The notes under the pieces are model-generated. The model was not told where the DNA came from. It did no database searches and saw only the letters and a list, made by a program, of their open reading frames with translations. Position numbers and translations under genes: made by a program. 64,000 nt of DNA from Bacteriovoracales bacterium (GTDB lineage: Bacteria; Bdellovibrionota; Bacteriovoracia; Bacteriovoracales; Bacteriovoracaceae). Each line of letters begins with the position of its first letter. Position 1 is the stretch's first letter. Shown here one piece after another: positions 63,981 to 64,000 of the stretch. The stretch is from NCBI GenBank assembly GCA_028346125.1, contig JAOMEV010000002.1, positions 23,291 to 87,290 on the forward strand, in the 5' to 3' direction.

Positions 63981-64000
63981 AATTATTTTGTTTTGAGTTC

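Noticed and set aside
1-64000. Scan for CRISPR arrays, rRNA/tRNA genes, transposases, integrases, phage genes or toxin-antitoxin pairs.
   Set aside because: No regularly spaced direct repeats, no cloverleaf-like GC-rich segments in the few intergenic gaps, and no translated products resembling DDE/tyrosine/serine recombinases or phage structural proteins. This was done by eye only, so short elements could be missed.

Overview
AT-rich (roughly 35-40% GC by eye), very tightly packed bacterial chromosomal segment with about 65 protein-coding genes. I found no rRNA, tRNA, CRISPR array, transposase, integrase or phage genes. Confidently recognised housekeeping genes are rsmJ, a single-chain GcvPA::GcvPB-type glycine dehydrogenase, menB, pckA, rpmG-rpsN, an archaeal-type proS, thyA-folA, murI, eno and menE-menH. 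They are interspersed with many signalling genes: three 7TMR-DISM receptors, one HAMP sensor, three class III nucleotidyl cyclases, five receiver proteins that lack a DNA-binding output (four single-domain, one with a C-terminal extension), PilZ and FHA proteins. There are also secreted S1 proteases with unusual fusions. The gene content (7TMR-DISM expansion, a TIGR02147-like HTH protein, many secreted proteases and lipoproteins, low GC) suggests a Bdellovibrio-like or Oligoflexia-type organism, but that is inference only. The best candidates for something undescribed are the following. (1) At 52500..56389, a translationally coupled three-gene operon ends in two GAF-cyclase genes whose catalytic residues are degenerate in a complementary way, like eukaryotic C1/C2, which predicts an obligate heterodimer with one active site. 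(2) At 5061..11738, two divergent 7TMR-DISM receptors flank a tandem triplication of small 2-TM proteins. Both receptors and a third HAMP sensor at 19489..21453 share a C-terminal PAS-like plus helical module with no recognisable catalytic output. (3) At 29583..30637, cysteine-poor L33, long S14 and a DksA2-like CxxT/SxxA protein sit together. Also noted: half of all convergent gene pairs share overlapping stop codons through a YTAR tetranucleotide, and an in-frame TGA splits a solute-binding protein gene.
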